A stretch of 62,794 nucleotides of DNA, counting the filler. It is 8 parts of 8 records of this genome, joined end to end, with 100 filler letters (N's around TTAATTAATTAA, not from the genome) between each part and the next. Parts side by side here need not be neighbours in the genome. Positions count along the whole stretch, not along the records: positions 18,079 to 24,197 come from SRR31147125_51687; positions 24,298 to 31,309 come from SRR31147125_51693; 6 more parts are not named here. The stretch is one strand, 5' to 3'. Below are positions 19,934 to 29,510 of this stretch, piece after piece. Below the pieces are notes generated by a model. The model ran no database searches and was not told the DNA's origin. It worked only from the letters and a program-made list of their open reading frames with translations. Within the stretch, counting starts at the first letter, position 1, and each line of letters starts with the position of its first letter. A program made the translations under genes and the position numbers.

Positions 19934-22900
19934 TTAAAAGGTTAAGTTTAAACCAAAATTCAGAACCCTAGACTGAGGTGTACTCCAAGCTGCAAATCCT
20001 TGTCCTCCTTCAGTTGTTTCAGGGTCAACATCATTCATCCCTGTAAAGGTGATTAGGTTAGATGCACTTGCATAAATACGCACATCACTGAAAGGCAAAT
20101 GCTGCATTACACTGGTTGGAAAAGTGTAGGCAAGTTGAATATTTTTCAATCGCAAATAAGAAGCATCTTTCAACCAAAATGTATTTTTTTGAGCTGATGA
20201 AGTAACCTCCCTATCGTAAATACGTGGATAATCTGCATTAATATTATCAGTAGTCCAGCGATTGTCAAAATAATCCTGCGTAAAGTTCCCGATGCTACCC
20301 GACTCAAAGAAAACGTATTGCGAAACATTTGTTGCTCCTTGCCAAAGCATACTCAAGTCCCAGCTTTTTTGTATTGCAAGCCAATATTAAAACCATATAC
20401 AATTTCGGGAGTAGTTGTTTTGTCTGGTCTAATCTTATCATTACCATCAATAACATCATCATCATTCACATCCCGGAAAATCAGATCGCCTAATTTTGCA
20501 TTGCTCAAGTGTGGATACTTATCCAAGTCCTCTTCAGTACGATAAACTCCTATTGCATCATAAAGCATCCAATCTGCACCAATAGATTTACCTGTACGCT
20601 TTTGCCATTCCAATGTAGTTTCCGGCTCATCAAAATAAATAATTTCACTTTTTGCATAAGAAAAATTTCCACTTGCAGATAGGTTTAATTCACCAAACTT
20701 TTTGTTGTAACCAAGAACAGCTTCAATTCCTTTCGTCTCACATTCTCCAATATTTTCAGCAGGCAATGATAAACCCGTATAATCTGGTACGTAAGCAGCT
20801 CCGCTTGCCAAAATATCTGTTCGTTTTGTTTTAAATAAATCCAGATCAAAACTAAAATTCTCAAAGAATCTACTTTCAAAACCAATATTTGCGGTTGTTG
20901 CAACTTCCCATTTCACATTTGGATTTCCTGTTCTCACCTGACTAACACCTGTTTGGGAAGATGGAGAATTTCCGCCCAATGTAGCATTCATTCCAAAAGT
21001 GTAAGATGTTAAATATTGATACTTGGCAATTTTGTCATTTCCCATCTGTCCCCAAGAACCTTTTATCTTGAAATAATCAATTACACCCAGATTTTCTTTC
21101 CAGAAATCTTCTTCAGAAATACGCCATCCCGCAGAAGCACCTGGGAAAAAGCCAAACCGACTTCCTTCAGGGAAGTTTTCAGAACCATCGTACCGCCAGT
21201 TAAATTGAAGTAGATATTTTTCTTTGTAACTATAATCAACACGACCAAAGTAGTTCATTCGTCCAGTTTCACTCGCAGTACCATCATTCAGGCTTGTTTC
21301 TTTGTCTCCAGCAAATAATTGTTCAACAGCTGTTGAAACAAAGTCCTGTCGTTTACCCCATAAATAATCATACTTGCTTTCATACTGCTCATAAGCTACA
21401 AAAGCCGAGACATTATGCACTTCGTTAAATGAACGCTTATAGCTTAATTTAGCATTAGCTGTAATTCCTACATTCTGATCCATGTATTCATCCAACGATG
21501 CATTATTTGGACCATATTGCCGCGCAAAATATTCAGTAGAATTGTTATCATAACCATACAGGAAAAATGCTTTCTGAAAATGCTTGTAAAATTTATCTGA
21601 ACGGTCAACATAAAGCGCACCATCCAAAGCCAAACCTTCTGTTATAAAAGACAAATCCAAATTAAAACCGATATCTGCATTTACTAAAGAGCGTTTATCT
21701 TTTTGGTATCCCATTGTTCCATCAGCACTGGTAACAGGATTAAAATCATCTTGAGGTGCTAGTACTGGCAAACCATTTTCGGGCCAAACAATATTAACCC
21801 GAGGATCACCTTTTACCAAGTATCTCCAAATTGCTTCGGAACCATAATGAGGTGAGTTACGATCTTCCTGACGAACAGAGATATTCACAAATAATTTCAG
21901 ATAGTCAGTTGCCTGCACATCAATATTTGATCGTAAATTATATTGATTGTAGTTACTGGCACTCTCTTTATAATAATTATCCTGAAACTGATAACCAGTA
22001 GAAATGAAATACTTTACACGATCAGTCCCGCCACTTATAGATAAGTTATGTTGTGTTTGAGGAGCGTATTCTCGAAGCGTTTGATCCATCCAATTAACAT
22101 TTGGATAATTTGTTGGATCTGAACCATCTCTGAACTTTTGGATTTGCTCATCGCTATAAAGTGGATTTCGACCATAAATCTCGGTTTCAATTTCATTTAA
22201 GGCAACTGCATAGTCTGCCGAATTTAACATCTCTGGCTTCACAGTTGGCTGTCTAAGTCCAAAATTAGAACTCAAACGAACTGTAGGTTTCCCACTTTTC
22301 CCCCGTTTTGTTGTTACCAAAATAACACCATTTGCAGCACGAGATCCATAAATTGCAGCAGATGCATCTTTTAATACCGTAATGCTCTCAATATCGCTGG
22401 CATCAATATGGTCAAAACCACCAGCTCGATCAGCTACTCCATCTACGACAATCAAAGGACTATTATCTCCCAAAGTGCTTCGCCCCCTAATTAGGATTTC
22501 AGTACTTTCATAGCCAGGCTCACCACTACGATTATTGGTAATTAATCCTGGAAGACGACCAATTAATGTATTTGCAACGTTTGGTTCAGGTGATTTTAAA
22601 ATCTCCTCCCCAGAACTGGTTACAACCGATCCAGTTACTGTTCCTTTCTTCTGTGTTCCATAACCAATTGCAACAACTTCTTCCAAACCTATTGCATCTT
22701 CTTTCAAAATCACTTCAATATTAGCTTGCCCCTGAACCGATACTTCCTGAGTAGACATTCCTACAAAAGAAAATACGAGTATCGCATCATCAGAGATATT
22801 GCTAAACTGGAAATTTCCATCAAAATCAGTAATTGTTCCTGTTGTTGTTCCTTTTATAACTATAGAAACACCAGGTAAAGGTTGTCCTGATTCATCTTTA

Positions 22901-23313
22901 ACCAAACCGGTAATTTTCTTTTGCCGACTGGTTGTGCTGTGACTGAAATCATCCTCTTTTATTAGGATAATTTGCCGATCAGAAATTTTATAGGTCACTT
23001 TTTCTTCCTTAAAAAGCTCATCCAAAACCTCTGAAATCGACTTATCTTCAAAATGAATGCTTACTCTTCTATTTACATCAAAATCTTCATTTGTGTAAAG
23101 AAAAAAGAATTCACTTTGATCTTCAATCTGATTCAAAACTTCTCTTACACTTTCATTCTTAACTGTAAAATTCAGTTTAGTTTTCTGTGAATAAACACTT
23201 GCACTTAGGTGTACAAAAGACAAGCAGACTAGAAACATCGTAATTTTCATAATGCGTAGCATTTTTAACGTTTGGGAATGATATCCCCTACGTCGATTCC
23301 ATCTTTTTTTCAT
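19934..23313 (-). CDS. susC: SusC/RagA TonB-dependent transporter with N-terminal STN signalling domain (frameshift at 20365-20370)
   Basis: STN domain, CarboxypepD_reg-like domain, LKDASAAIYGSRAANGVILVTTKRG plug. The C-terminus (YLRLKN...FGLNLTF) lies in the 19934-20356 ORF. Confidence 0.95.
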
Positions 23314-23320
23314 AAATTTG
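23313..23320 (+). promoter_or_regulatory. Antisense -7 promoter element overlapping the susC start codon
   Basis: TAAATTTG matches TAnnTTTG exactly; its first T is the T of CAT (susC ATG on the minus strand). No clear -33 element. Confidence 0.5.
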
Positions 23321-23324
23321 TATT

Positions 23325-23409
23325 ACAAAGGTTTAACAAAACCCATTAATATGGGTGATTAACATTATTGAACCGCTTAAAGGAAAGTGTAGGCGCACTT
23401 TCCTTTTTT
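23325..23409 (+). ncRNA. Putative cis-antisense PUL sRNA
   Basis: Bounded by the -7 element and a + strand terminator AAAGGAAAGTG-TAGGCG-CACTTTCC-TTTTTT; internal hairpin ACCCAT-TAAT-ATGGGT. The 5' end is estimated. Confidence 0.45.
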
Positions 23410-24197
23410 ATTTGTTCAGCGTAATTAGTACTTCATCTTCATTTACTTTAAAGTTAATAGGAGCCGTTAACGACAGTAATTCTAACATCTCGTTCAAACT
23501 CTCTGTCTTAATAGTCATTGTGTAAAGTTTCTCAACAACTAATCCATTTTCTAATTGAATATTAACATCATACCATCGTTCCATTTTTTTACTACATCTG
23601 TAAACTGAGCATCCTGAAAACGAAGAAGATTGTCCTTCCATGAGGTATACAATTCGGTATTAACTGTTCTAATTATTGGTGTTTTTGTTGTAAGACTGAA
23701 ATCAATTTTCTGACCTGGTTTTAACTCAAGTCTTTTATTGATCCCACTAAAAGAAGAAACAATCTTCCCCTCTTCAAGTGTTGCAGAAACAGTAGCCTCA
23801 TCAGGATAGGCATATACATTGAATTTGGTTCCCAGCACAGTTACATCCATAGCTCCTGTTTGAACAACAAATGGAGTGTCATTAACTTTAGCCACATCAA
23901 AGTACGCTTCACCTTCAAGTTTAATTTTTCTTTCTCCTTGACTGTAGTTATCGGAATAAAATATTGTTGATTCAGAGTTTAGCCAAACTTTAGTACCATC
24001 GGGTAAATAGACAATTGACTTTTCACCTTTAGGTGCGGTGGATTGAAACCAAACAACTTTATTTAAACTAGTACCAGATAATAATTGAAACTCGGATACG
24101 AAATATCCTAAACACAAGGCAAGAAAGAAGATAGCTGCAATGCTCGAAACTCTCTTTAAGGTAATGATACTCCAATGTTCACTTCTTTGAACTTTTT
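23408..24197 (-). CDS. fecR: FecR-family anti-sigma factor (5' truncated; frameshift at 23584-23590)
   Basis: LPDGTKVWLNSES, LEGEAYFDVAK, VLGTKFNV. The C-terminus MERWYDVNI... is in the 23408-23641 frame. Confidence 0.9.
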
Positions 24198-24297
24198 NNN
24201 NNNNNNNNNNNNNNNNNNNNNNNNNNNNNNNNNNNNNNNNNTTAATTAATTAANNNNNNNNNNNNNNNNNNNNNNNNNNNNNNNNNNNNNNNNNNNN
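24198..24297. other. Artificial contig linker
   Basis: 44 N + TTAATTAATTAA + 44 N. Confidence 0.98.
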
Positions 24298-24516
24298 AAA
24301 AAAATACTTATCCCATAAGTTTAATTTTAGTTTTTAGATCTGTTGCTGTTTTTCGAAAAAAAAGATAAAGAATTTGTTGCAGAAATAACATGTGTTATGT
24401 CTTGTAAACTAATTATTTACAAATGTTGTTCAACATTGTTACAAAACATAATAAAGCAGTATGTCATGAAAAATTGTCGCGAATAATTTTAATTTTGAAG
24501 CTAACGAAATCACGCA

Positions 24517-25866
24517 ATGACTGAGTTTGTTACATATATCCTGTACTTTTTCCTGTTAATTGCCATTCTTTTAATGGCTTTATTTGTGTTGTATTCTGTT
24601 GTCGAAAAAGAAAAAAGAGCGACTGGCAGAGCACTAATTTCGCTTGTTCTACTTTTAGTTGTTGCCTACGGAATATCCTTTCTGCCAATAGAATTTCATT
24701 TTGTTTTAGATGTAATACTCCTGCTTGTAACAATTGTGATATTACTAAAATTTGGAAACCGTAAGATTGACTTTGTTATTCCTGATACACGCTATGATGA
24801 ACGCGATGTAATGTTTTCGAGAAATACTTTGGTTGAAGGGACCGAAAAGTTTGAGAACTATTATAAAAACCGACCAGAGAACCGCGAGTCTGACGATAAT
24901 TTTAGGCAAGACCCCGGATTAATGGCTCCCGGAGCAACCTTTTACAACGAACTTTTTGCTTCTGCTGCAGACGCAAGCTTTGCTGCTGTTGATATGCTCC
25001 AGCCAATTGTTGAACAGTCTACGGCATCGGAAAAAACACAATTACCAGTACACGAAATTTCGAAATTCATAAAAAACTGGGCACTTAAACTTGGTGCTGA
25101 AGATGTTGGTTTTACATCGGTTAAACCGTATTCTATTTATTCGCATATAGGAAGGGGAAAGGCCTATGGGAAAGAGGTCGAATTACACCATAAATTTGCG
25201 ATAGCATTTACAGTAGAAATGAACCACGAAGCAATTCGTTATAATCCGCGAGGGCCGGTTGTAATGGAATCGGCACAACAATACCTAAATGCCGGTCAGA
25301 TTGCAGTGCAACTTGCACAATTTATACGGAACCTTGGTTTTGAGGCTCGTGCCCATATAGATGCTAATTATCGTTTAATTTGCCCAATTGTTGCACAGGA
25401 TGCAGGATTAGGAACTATCGGGCGCATGGGCTTACTAATGACACCAAAGTTTGGACCGAGAGTAAGACTTGGAGTGGTTACAACCGATCTTGAATTACCA
25501 ATTCAGGAAAAACCGGTTGATTATTCTGTAATTCATTTTTGCGAAGTGTGTAAAAAATGTGCCGAAAATTGTCCTTCGCAATCCATATCGCATCGTTCTG
25601 TAAAAAAAGAATCTTCACCCAAACGCTGGAGAATAAACCAGGAATCGTGCTTTGCTTATTGGTGTAAAATAGGTACCGATTGCGGACGGTGTATGGCTGT
25701 TTGTCCCTATTCTCATCCCAATAATTTTATGCATAATATTATTCGCCGGATGATAAAACGAAATCCAATAACACGATATTTTGCTCTAAAACTCGATGAC
25801 TTTTATTACGGGAGAAAACCCAGATCAGCAAATCCTAAAAATTGGCTATCAGCCGAAAAGATTTAG
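24517..25866 (+). CDS. Reductive dehalogenase-like cobalamin/2x[4Fe-4S] protein with N-terminal transmembrane helices
   Basis: LGAEDVG, AQDAGLGTIGRMGLLMTPKFGPRVRLGVVTTDL, FCEVCKKCAENCP and WCKIGTDCGRCMAVCPY; three hydrophobic N-terminal segments, no RRxFxK Tat motif. Confidence 0.8.
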   Translation: MTEFVTYILYFFLLIAILLMALFVLYSVVEKEKRATGRALISLVLLLVVAYGISFLPIEFHFVLDVILLLVTIVILLKFGNRKIDFVIPDTRYDERDVMFSRNTLVEGTEKFENYYKNRPENRESDDNFRQDPGLMAPGATFYNELFASAADASFAAVDMLQPIVEQSTASEKTQLPVHEISKFIKNWALKLGAEDVGFTSVKPYSIYSHIGRGKAYGKEVELHHKFAIAFTVEMNHEAIRYNPRGPVVMESAQQYLNAGQIAVQLAQFIRNLGFEARAHIDANYRLICPIVAQDAGLGTIGRMGLLMTPKFGPRVRLGVVTTDLELPIQEKPVDYSVIHFCEVCKKCAENCPSQSISHRSVKKESSPKRWRINQESCFAYWCKIGTDCGRCMAVCPYSHPNNFMHNIIRRMIKRNPITRYFALKLDDFYYGRKPRSANPKNWLSAEKI

Positions 25867-26084
25867 TTCAGAATAAGTTAATTAATAGGTAAATGTGCGT
25901 GTATTGGCGCATAATTAATTAAATATTAAGAATAAGTTCGTTTTTAAACTGTTGATAATCAATAATCAGTAATTTGTACCGTCTTTTATTTTACTTAAAA
26001 ATTGAGTATTAAAGGTGTTTTCCCTATTTTCGTAGGTAAATCATAAGCATTACCAGATAAGAATGGTAATTAAAATAAATTGAA

Positions 26085-28427
26085 ATGGAACCTAAAGATC
26101 TGAAAAACTCAGAAGAGTTAAAAAGTCCGGAAGCTACGGACCTTAATAAGGAGCAAAACATTACCGAAAAAGCACAAGCTGTTGAACCTCCAAAAGAGGA
26201 ACAAACGCAAGACGTTTCTGAAGTTGACGAAAAAACTGTGGCAACTCCCGAAAAACAAGAGGAGGTAAAAACAGATGATGTTGAAAACAAAGAAGAGCAA
26301 CCAGAACCCGAAGCAGTAAAAGCTGAAGAAGTGAAAGTTGCAGAAGTTACAGAAGAAACAAAAGCTGAGGCTGAAAAAGAAGTTGCGGCAGAAACTGAAA
26401 CCGAAAAAGCGGTAGAAGAGAAAGTCGCAGAAGCCACAGAAGAAACGAAAGCTGAGGTAAAAGAAGAAGTTGCGGCAGAAGCTGAAACGGAAAAAGCCGA
26501 AGACGAGAAAGTAGCAGAAGCCACAGCAGAAACAAAAGCTGAGGTGAAAGAAGAAGTTGCGGCAGAAACTGTTGAGGAAGTTAAAGAAGAGGTTAAAGTT
26601 GAGAAAGCAGCTTCGGAACCTGAGAAAAAAGAGGAAAAAGAACCTGAAAAAGTTAAGGCTGAAGTAGTTGCTGCCCCTAAAGTGAAAGAAAGAAAGGAAC
26701 CGGTTGACTACTCGAAACATACTCAGATTGAATTGGTTAACGCATTACGCGATTTAGTTGAAGAAAAAGAATACGAAGATATAAGAAACGATGTTGAGGC
26801 CATAAAAGCCGTGTTCTATAAAAATTTGAACGAAAACATTGAAACTGCTAAAAAGAAATTTATTGAAGAAGGCGGAGCCGAGCAAGATTTTAAGGAAGAA
26901 GAAGATCCTTATGAAAAAGATATTAAAGACCTGCTCAGAGATTACCGTCAGTTAAGAATAGAACTTAACAAAAGACTTGAAGGCGAAAAAGAAGAAAATC
27001 TTAAGAGAAAATACGAAGTTATAGAAAATATTAAAGGTCTTATAAACAATGAAGAATCTATTAATAAGACCTTTAACGAATTCAAAGACCTTCAAAGAGA
27101 GTGGCGTGAAATTGGTTTAGTTCCACAGGCGAAAATGAAAAATTTGTGGGATACCTACCATTTTCATGTAGAGAATTTCTACGATTATATTAAGATTAAC
27201 AGGGAATTACGCGACCTTGATCTGAAGAAAAATCTGGAAGCAAAAATTAAACTTTGCGAAAGGGCAGAGGAACTATTGGTTGAACCGTCTATTATAAAAG
27301 CGTTTAATACTCTACAAAAATATCACGAACAATGGCGTGAAATTGGTCCTGTTCCACGCGAACAAAAAGACGATATTTGGGAACGCTTCAAGTCCGCTAC
27401 GTCGAAAATTAATAAAAAGCATCAGGAATTTTTTGAAAACAGAAAAGTTGAGCAAAAGAAAAATCTGGAAGCCAAAACTGCTCTGTGCGAAAAAGTAGAA
27501 GAAATAAATATCGAAGAAATTTCATCTCATAAAGATTGGGACGAAAAATCGAAAGAACTTGTTGATTTACAAAAAGTTTGGCGTACAATAGGATTTGCTC
27601 CACGTAAAGATAATAATCGTATTTACGAGCGATTCCGTAGTGCATGCGATAAATTTTTCGATGCGAAACGCGAATTTTATTCGAAGAATAAAGAATACCA
27701 GCAGAATAATCTTCAGCTTAAAATTGACCTTTGTGTACAAGCTGAAGCGTTAAAAGACAGTACCGACTGGAAAAAGACTACACAAGATTTTATTAATATC
27801 CAGAAGAAATGGAAAGAAGTTGGCCCTGTTCCACGCAAACATTCCGATAATATTTGGAAACGTTTCAGAACAGCATGCGATTATTTCTTTGATAAAAAGT
27901 CGGAACATTTCTCTGGTGTCGACTCTGAACAAGTTGACAACCTGAAATTGAAGGAAAAATTAATAGAAGAAATTAAGAGTTTCGATACCAATACAGATAT
28001 TGAGGAAAGCCTGAAATTACTGAAAGAATTTCAACGTCGCTGGACTGAAATTGGCCATGTGCCGTATAAAAAGAAAGATGAAATTCAAGTTCAATTCAGA
28101 GAAGAAATTAATAAGCTTTACGATGAATTGAACCTTGATGAAGAAAAGCGTAATATGCTTAAGTTCCGTACTAAAATGTCATCGTTCTCTGAATCATCGC
28201 GCGGACAAAACAAAATGCGCATGGAGCGCGATAAGTACATGAACAAGATGAAGCAGCTTGAAAGCGATTTAGTGTTACTTGACAACAATATTGGATTCTT
28301 TGCAAAATCGAAAAACGCTGAGTCGTTAATTGAAGATGTGAAAAAGAAAATGGAAGTAACAAAACAAAAAATCGAATTCCTGAAAGATAAGATTCGTGTT
28401 ATTGACGAGATGGACAAAGAATACTAA
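26085..28427 (+). CDS. DUF349 domain protein with acidic low-complexity N-terminus
   Basis: Repeated (Q/K)xW+xIGxVP...W.RF..ACD.FF units characteristic of DUF349. Confidence 0.9.
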   Translation: MEPKDLKNSEELKSPEATDLNKEQNITEKAQAVEPPKEEQTQDVSEVDEKTVATPEKQEEVKTDDVENKEEQPEPEAVKAEEVKVAEVTEETKAEAEKEVAAETETEKAVEEKVAEATEETKAEVKEEVAAEAETEKAEDEKVAEATAETKAEVKEEVAAETVEEVKEEVKVEKAASEPEKKEEKEPEKVKAEVVAAPKVKERKEPVDYSKHTQIELVNALRDLVEEKEYEDIRNDVEAIKAVFYKNLNENIETAKKKFIEEGGAEQDFKEEEDPYEKDIKDLLRDYRQLRIELNKRLEGEKEENLKRKYEVIENIKGLINNEESINKTFNEFKDLQREWREIGLVPQAKMKNLWDTYHFHVENFYDYIKINRELRDLDLKKNLEAKIKLCERAEELLVEPSIIKAFNTLQKYHEQWREIGPVPREQKDDIWERFKSATSKINKKHQEFFENRKVEQKKNLEAKTALCEKVEEINIEEISSHKDWDEKSKELVDLQKVWRTIGFAPRKDNNRIYERFRSACDKFFDAKREFYSKNKEYQQNNLQLKIDLCVQAEALKDSTDWKKTTQDFINIQKKWKEVGPVPRKHSDNIWKRFRTACDYFFDKKSEHFSGVDSEQVDNLKLKEKLIEEIKSFDTNTDIEESLKLLKEFQRRWTEIGHVPYKKKDEIQVQFREEINKLYDELNLDEEKRNMLKFRTKMSSFSESSRGQNKMRMERDKYMNKMKQLESDLVLLDNNIGFFAKSKNAESLIEDVKKKMEVTKQKIEFLKDKIRVIDEMDKEY
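26334..26570 (+). repeat. In-frame 87-bp (29-aa) tandem repeat, about 2.7 copies
   Basis: Units start at 26334, 26421 and 26508 (KVAEVTEETKAE.., KVAEATEETKAE.., KVAEATAETKAE..). Confidence 0.85.
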
Positions 28428-28448
28428 CATTGCATTATTTATCATAAT

Positions 28449-28479
28449 AAAAAAAGCCGGAAAATTTCCGGCTTTTTTT
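28449..28479 (+). terminator. Bidirectional Rho-independent terminator after the DUF349 gene
   Basis: AAAAAAA-GCCGGAA-AAT-TTCCGGC-TTTTTTT. Confidence 0.9.
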
Positions 28480-28935
28480 ATTCTATTTTCTCAAACTCTA
28501 ATTTTCTTTACGTTTGCTTAGAATCGCATGAAATATTTTTCATGGATAATTTGTCGAAATATTCGATTCTGAGAATTTATTGACTTAATGTATTTCTTGA
28601 GAATTTTCAGAATAATTATACCTGGGTTTTTATAAACGGACAAGACATTTCTTAGTTCTAAAAATTCTAGATTTGCTTAATTGGAAAGAATCATCATTGT
28701 ACCTATGAATTCTTAACTCTCTGACAATTGCATGAAAATAAATTTTTGTACAGTTATTCAGATTAGATGATTTAAAAGTTTGGAATTTATCCGAGTATAT
28801 TACAAAACCAACTAAAGAATGAACGCAGAGATAATATATATTTATTCAAAACATTTACTCTTATTCTGTATACACTTTTACATAAAATCTTTGCCGTTAT
28901 ATGACTTTGCAAGCCATATATCTGATTTTATGCAA

Positions 28936-28963
28936 ATGTCCTATAATTGATATTGTTGTTACG
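28936..28963 (+). other. dif-like XerC/D site with degenerate XerD arm (candidate provirus attachment junction)
   Basis: ATGTCCTATAA-TTGATA-TTGTTGTTACG. The left arm matches the B. subtilis dif XerC-side arm ACTTCCTAGAA at 8/11; the right arm only partly resembles TTATGTTAAAT. Confidence 0.55.
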
Positions 28964-29309
28964 TTATCGGAAAAGTTACACTACTTAATTAAGGTAAATA
29001 TTCCGAAGTTTGATACAAGGTACATTGAGCGAAGCCTGAACGAATTCTAAGGTATAAAAATATTTCGAACGCTCGCAAGCTATAATTTTATAGCTCATGG
29101 CATTTTCCAGCTTTCGGATTTCAGCCCGATAGCTTTTCAATTTAAACCCCTGTTCTTTTAATTCGTTGTAAGCTTTCATGTAACTGGTAAAAACCCCGTA
29201 ATAATTACCGTCAATTTTAACTGTAATCACTTTCCGTTGTTTCATTTTATCTTGATTTTACATTTGTCAAACTTTGCCGTGTTTTGTGACGCAATCGGAA
29301 AAGTTAAAC
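28956..29309 (+). repeat. Imperfect 26-bp direct repeat pair (28956-28981 and 29284-29309)
   Basis: TTGTTACGTTATCGGAAAAGTTACAC versus TTGTGACGCAATCGGAAAAGTTAAAC, 22/26 identical, with an exact 13-bp core ATCGGAAAAGTTA. Confidence 0.8.
28985..29245 (-). CDS. Small basic protein, possible DNA-binding regulator of the element
   Basis: 86 aa, Lys/Tyr-rich; GVFTSYMKAY resembles the F-x-S-x-x-x-A pattern of NUMOD1-like DNA-binding modules (inference). Confidence 0.5.
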   Translation of the reverse strand: MKQRKVITVKIDGNYYGVFTSYMKAYNELKEQGFKLKSYRAEIRKLENAMSYKIIACERSKYFYTLEFVQASLNVPCIKLRNIYLN

Positions 29310-29430
29310 ATACATTGAAAACAATTTTGATTCAAAAATAACTTTTTTTCGACTCGCTCCAAATCCGCATATATAAAGGACTTTGATATTTTTCTAAGTG
29401 TTTTCTCGTATTCTTTTTGTTTGTGTCTCA

Positions 29431-29462
29431 TTTGGCGTGTTTTACAAATGTACAGACCTTTG
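29431..29462 (+). promoter_or_regulatory. Near-consensus Bacteroidota promoter for the structural operon
   Basis: TTTG-N20-GACCTTTG (one mismatch to TAnnTTTG), 48 nt upstream of the 29511 ATG. Confidence 0.45.
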
Positions 29463-29510
29463 TACCCGAGAGTAAAACAAAATTTTATTTATACACAATC
29501 TAATTAAGTT

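Noticed and set aside
24517-25866. Epoxyqueuosine reductase QueG
   Set aside because: N-terminal TM helices and RdhA-like motif context (C-x2-C-x3-CP after W, GPRVRL) fit the dehalogenase-like branch better; not excluded without an HMM search.
26334-26570. Tandem repeat as a CRISPR array
   Set aside because: Contiguous in-frame units with no unique spacers and no cas genes.
26024-26720. Minus-strand Ser/Phe-rich ORFs (166, 200 and 62 aa)
   Set aside because: Antisense shadows of the low-complexity Glu/Lys/Ala repeat in the DUF349 gene.
28480-28935. AT-rich gap with a short palindrome CATGAAA-TATT-TTTCATG (28527-28544)
   Set aside because: No ORF or recognisable RNA gene; short AT-rich palindromes are expected by chance.
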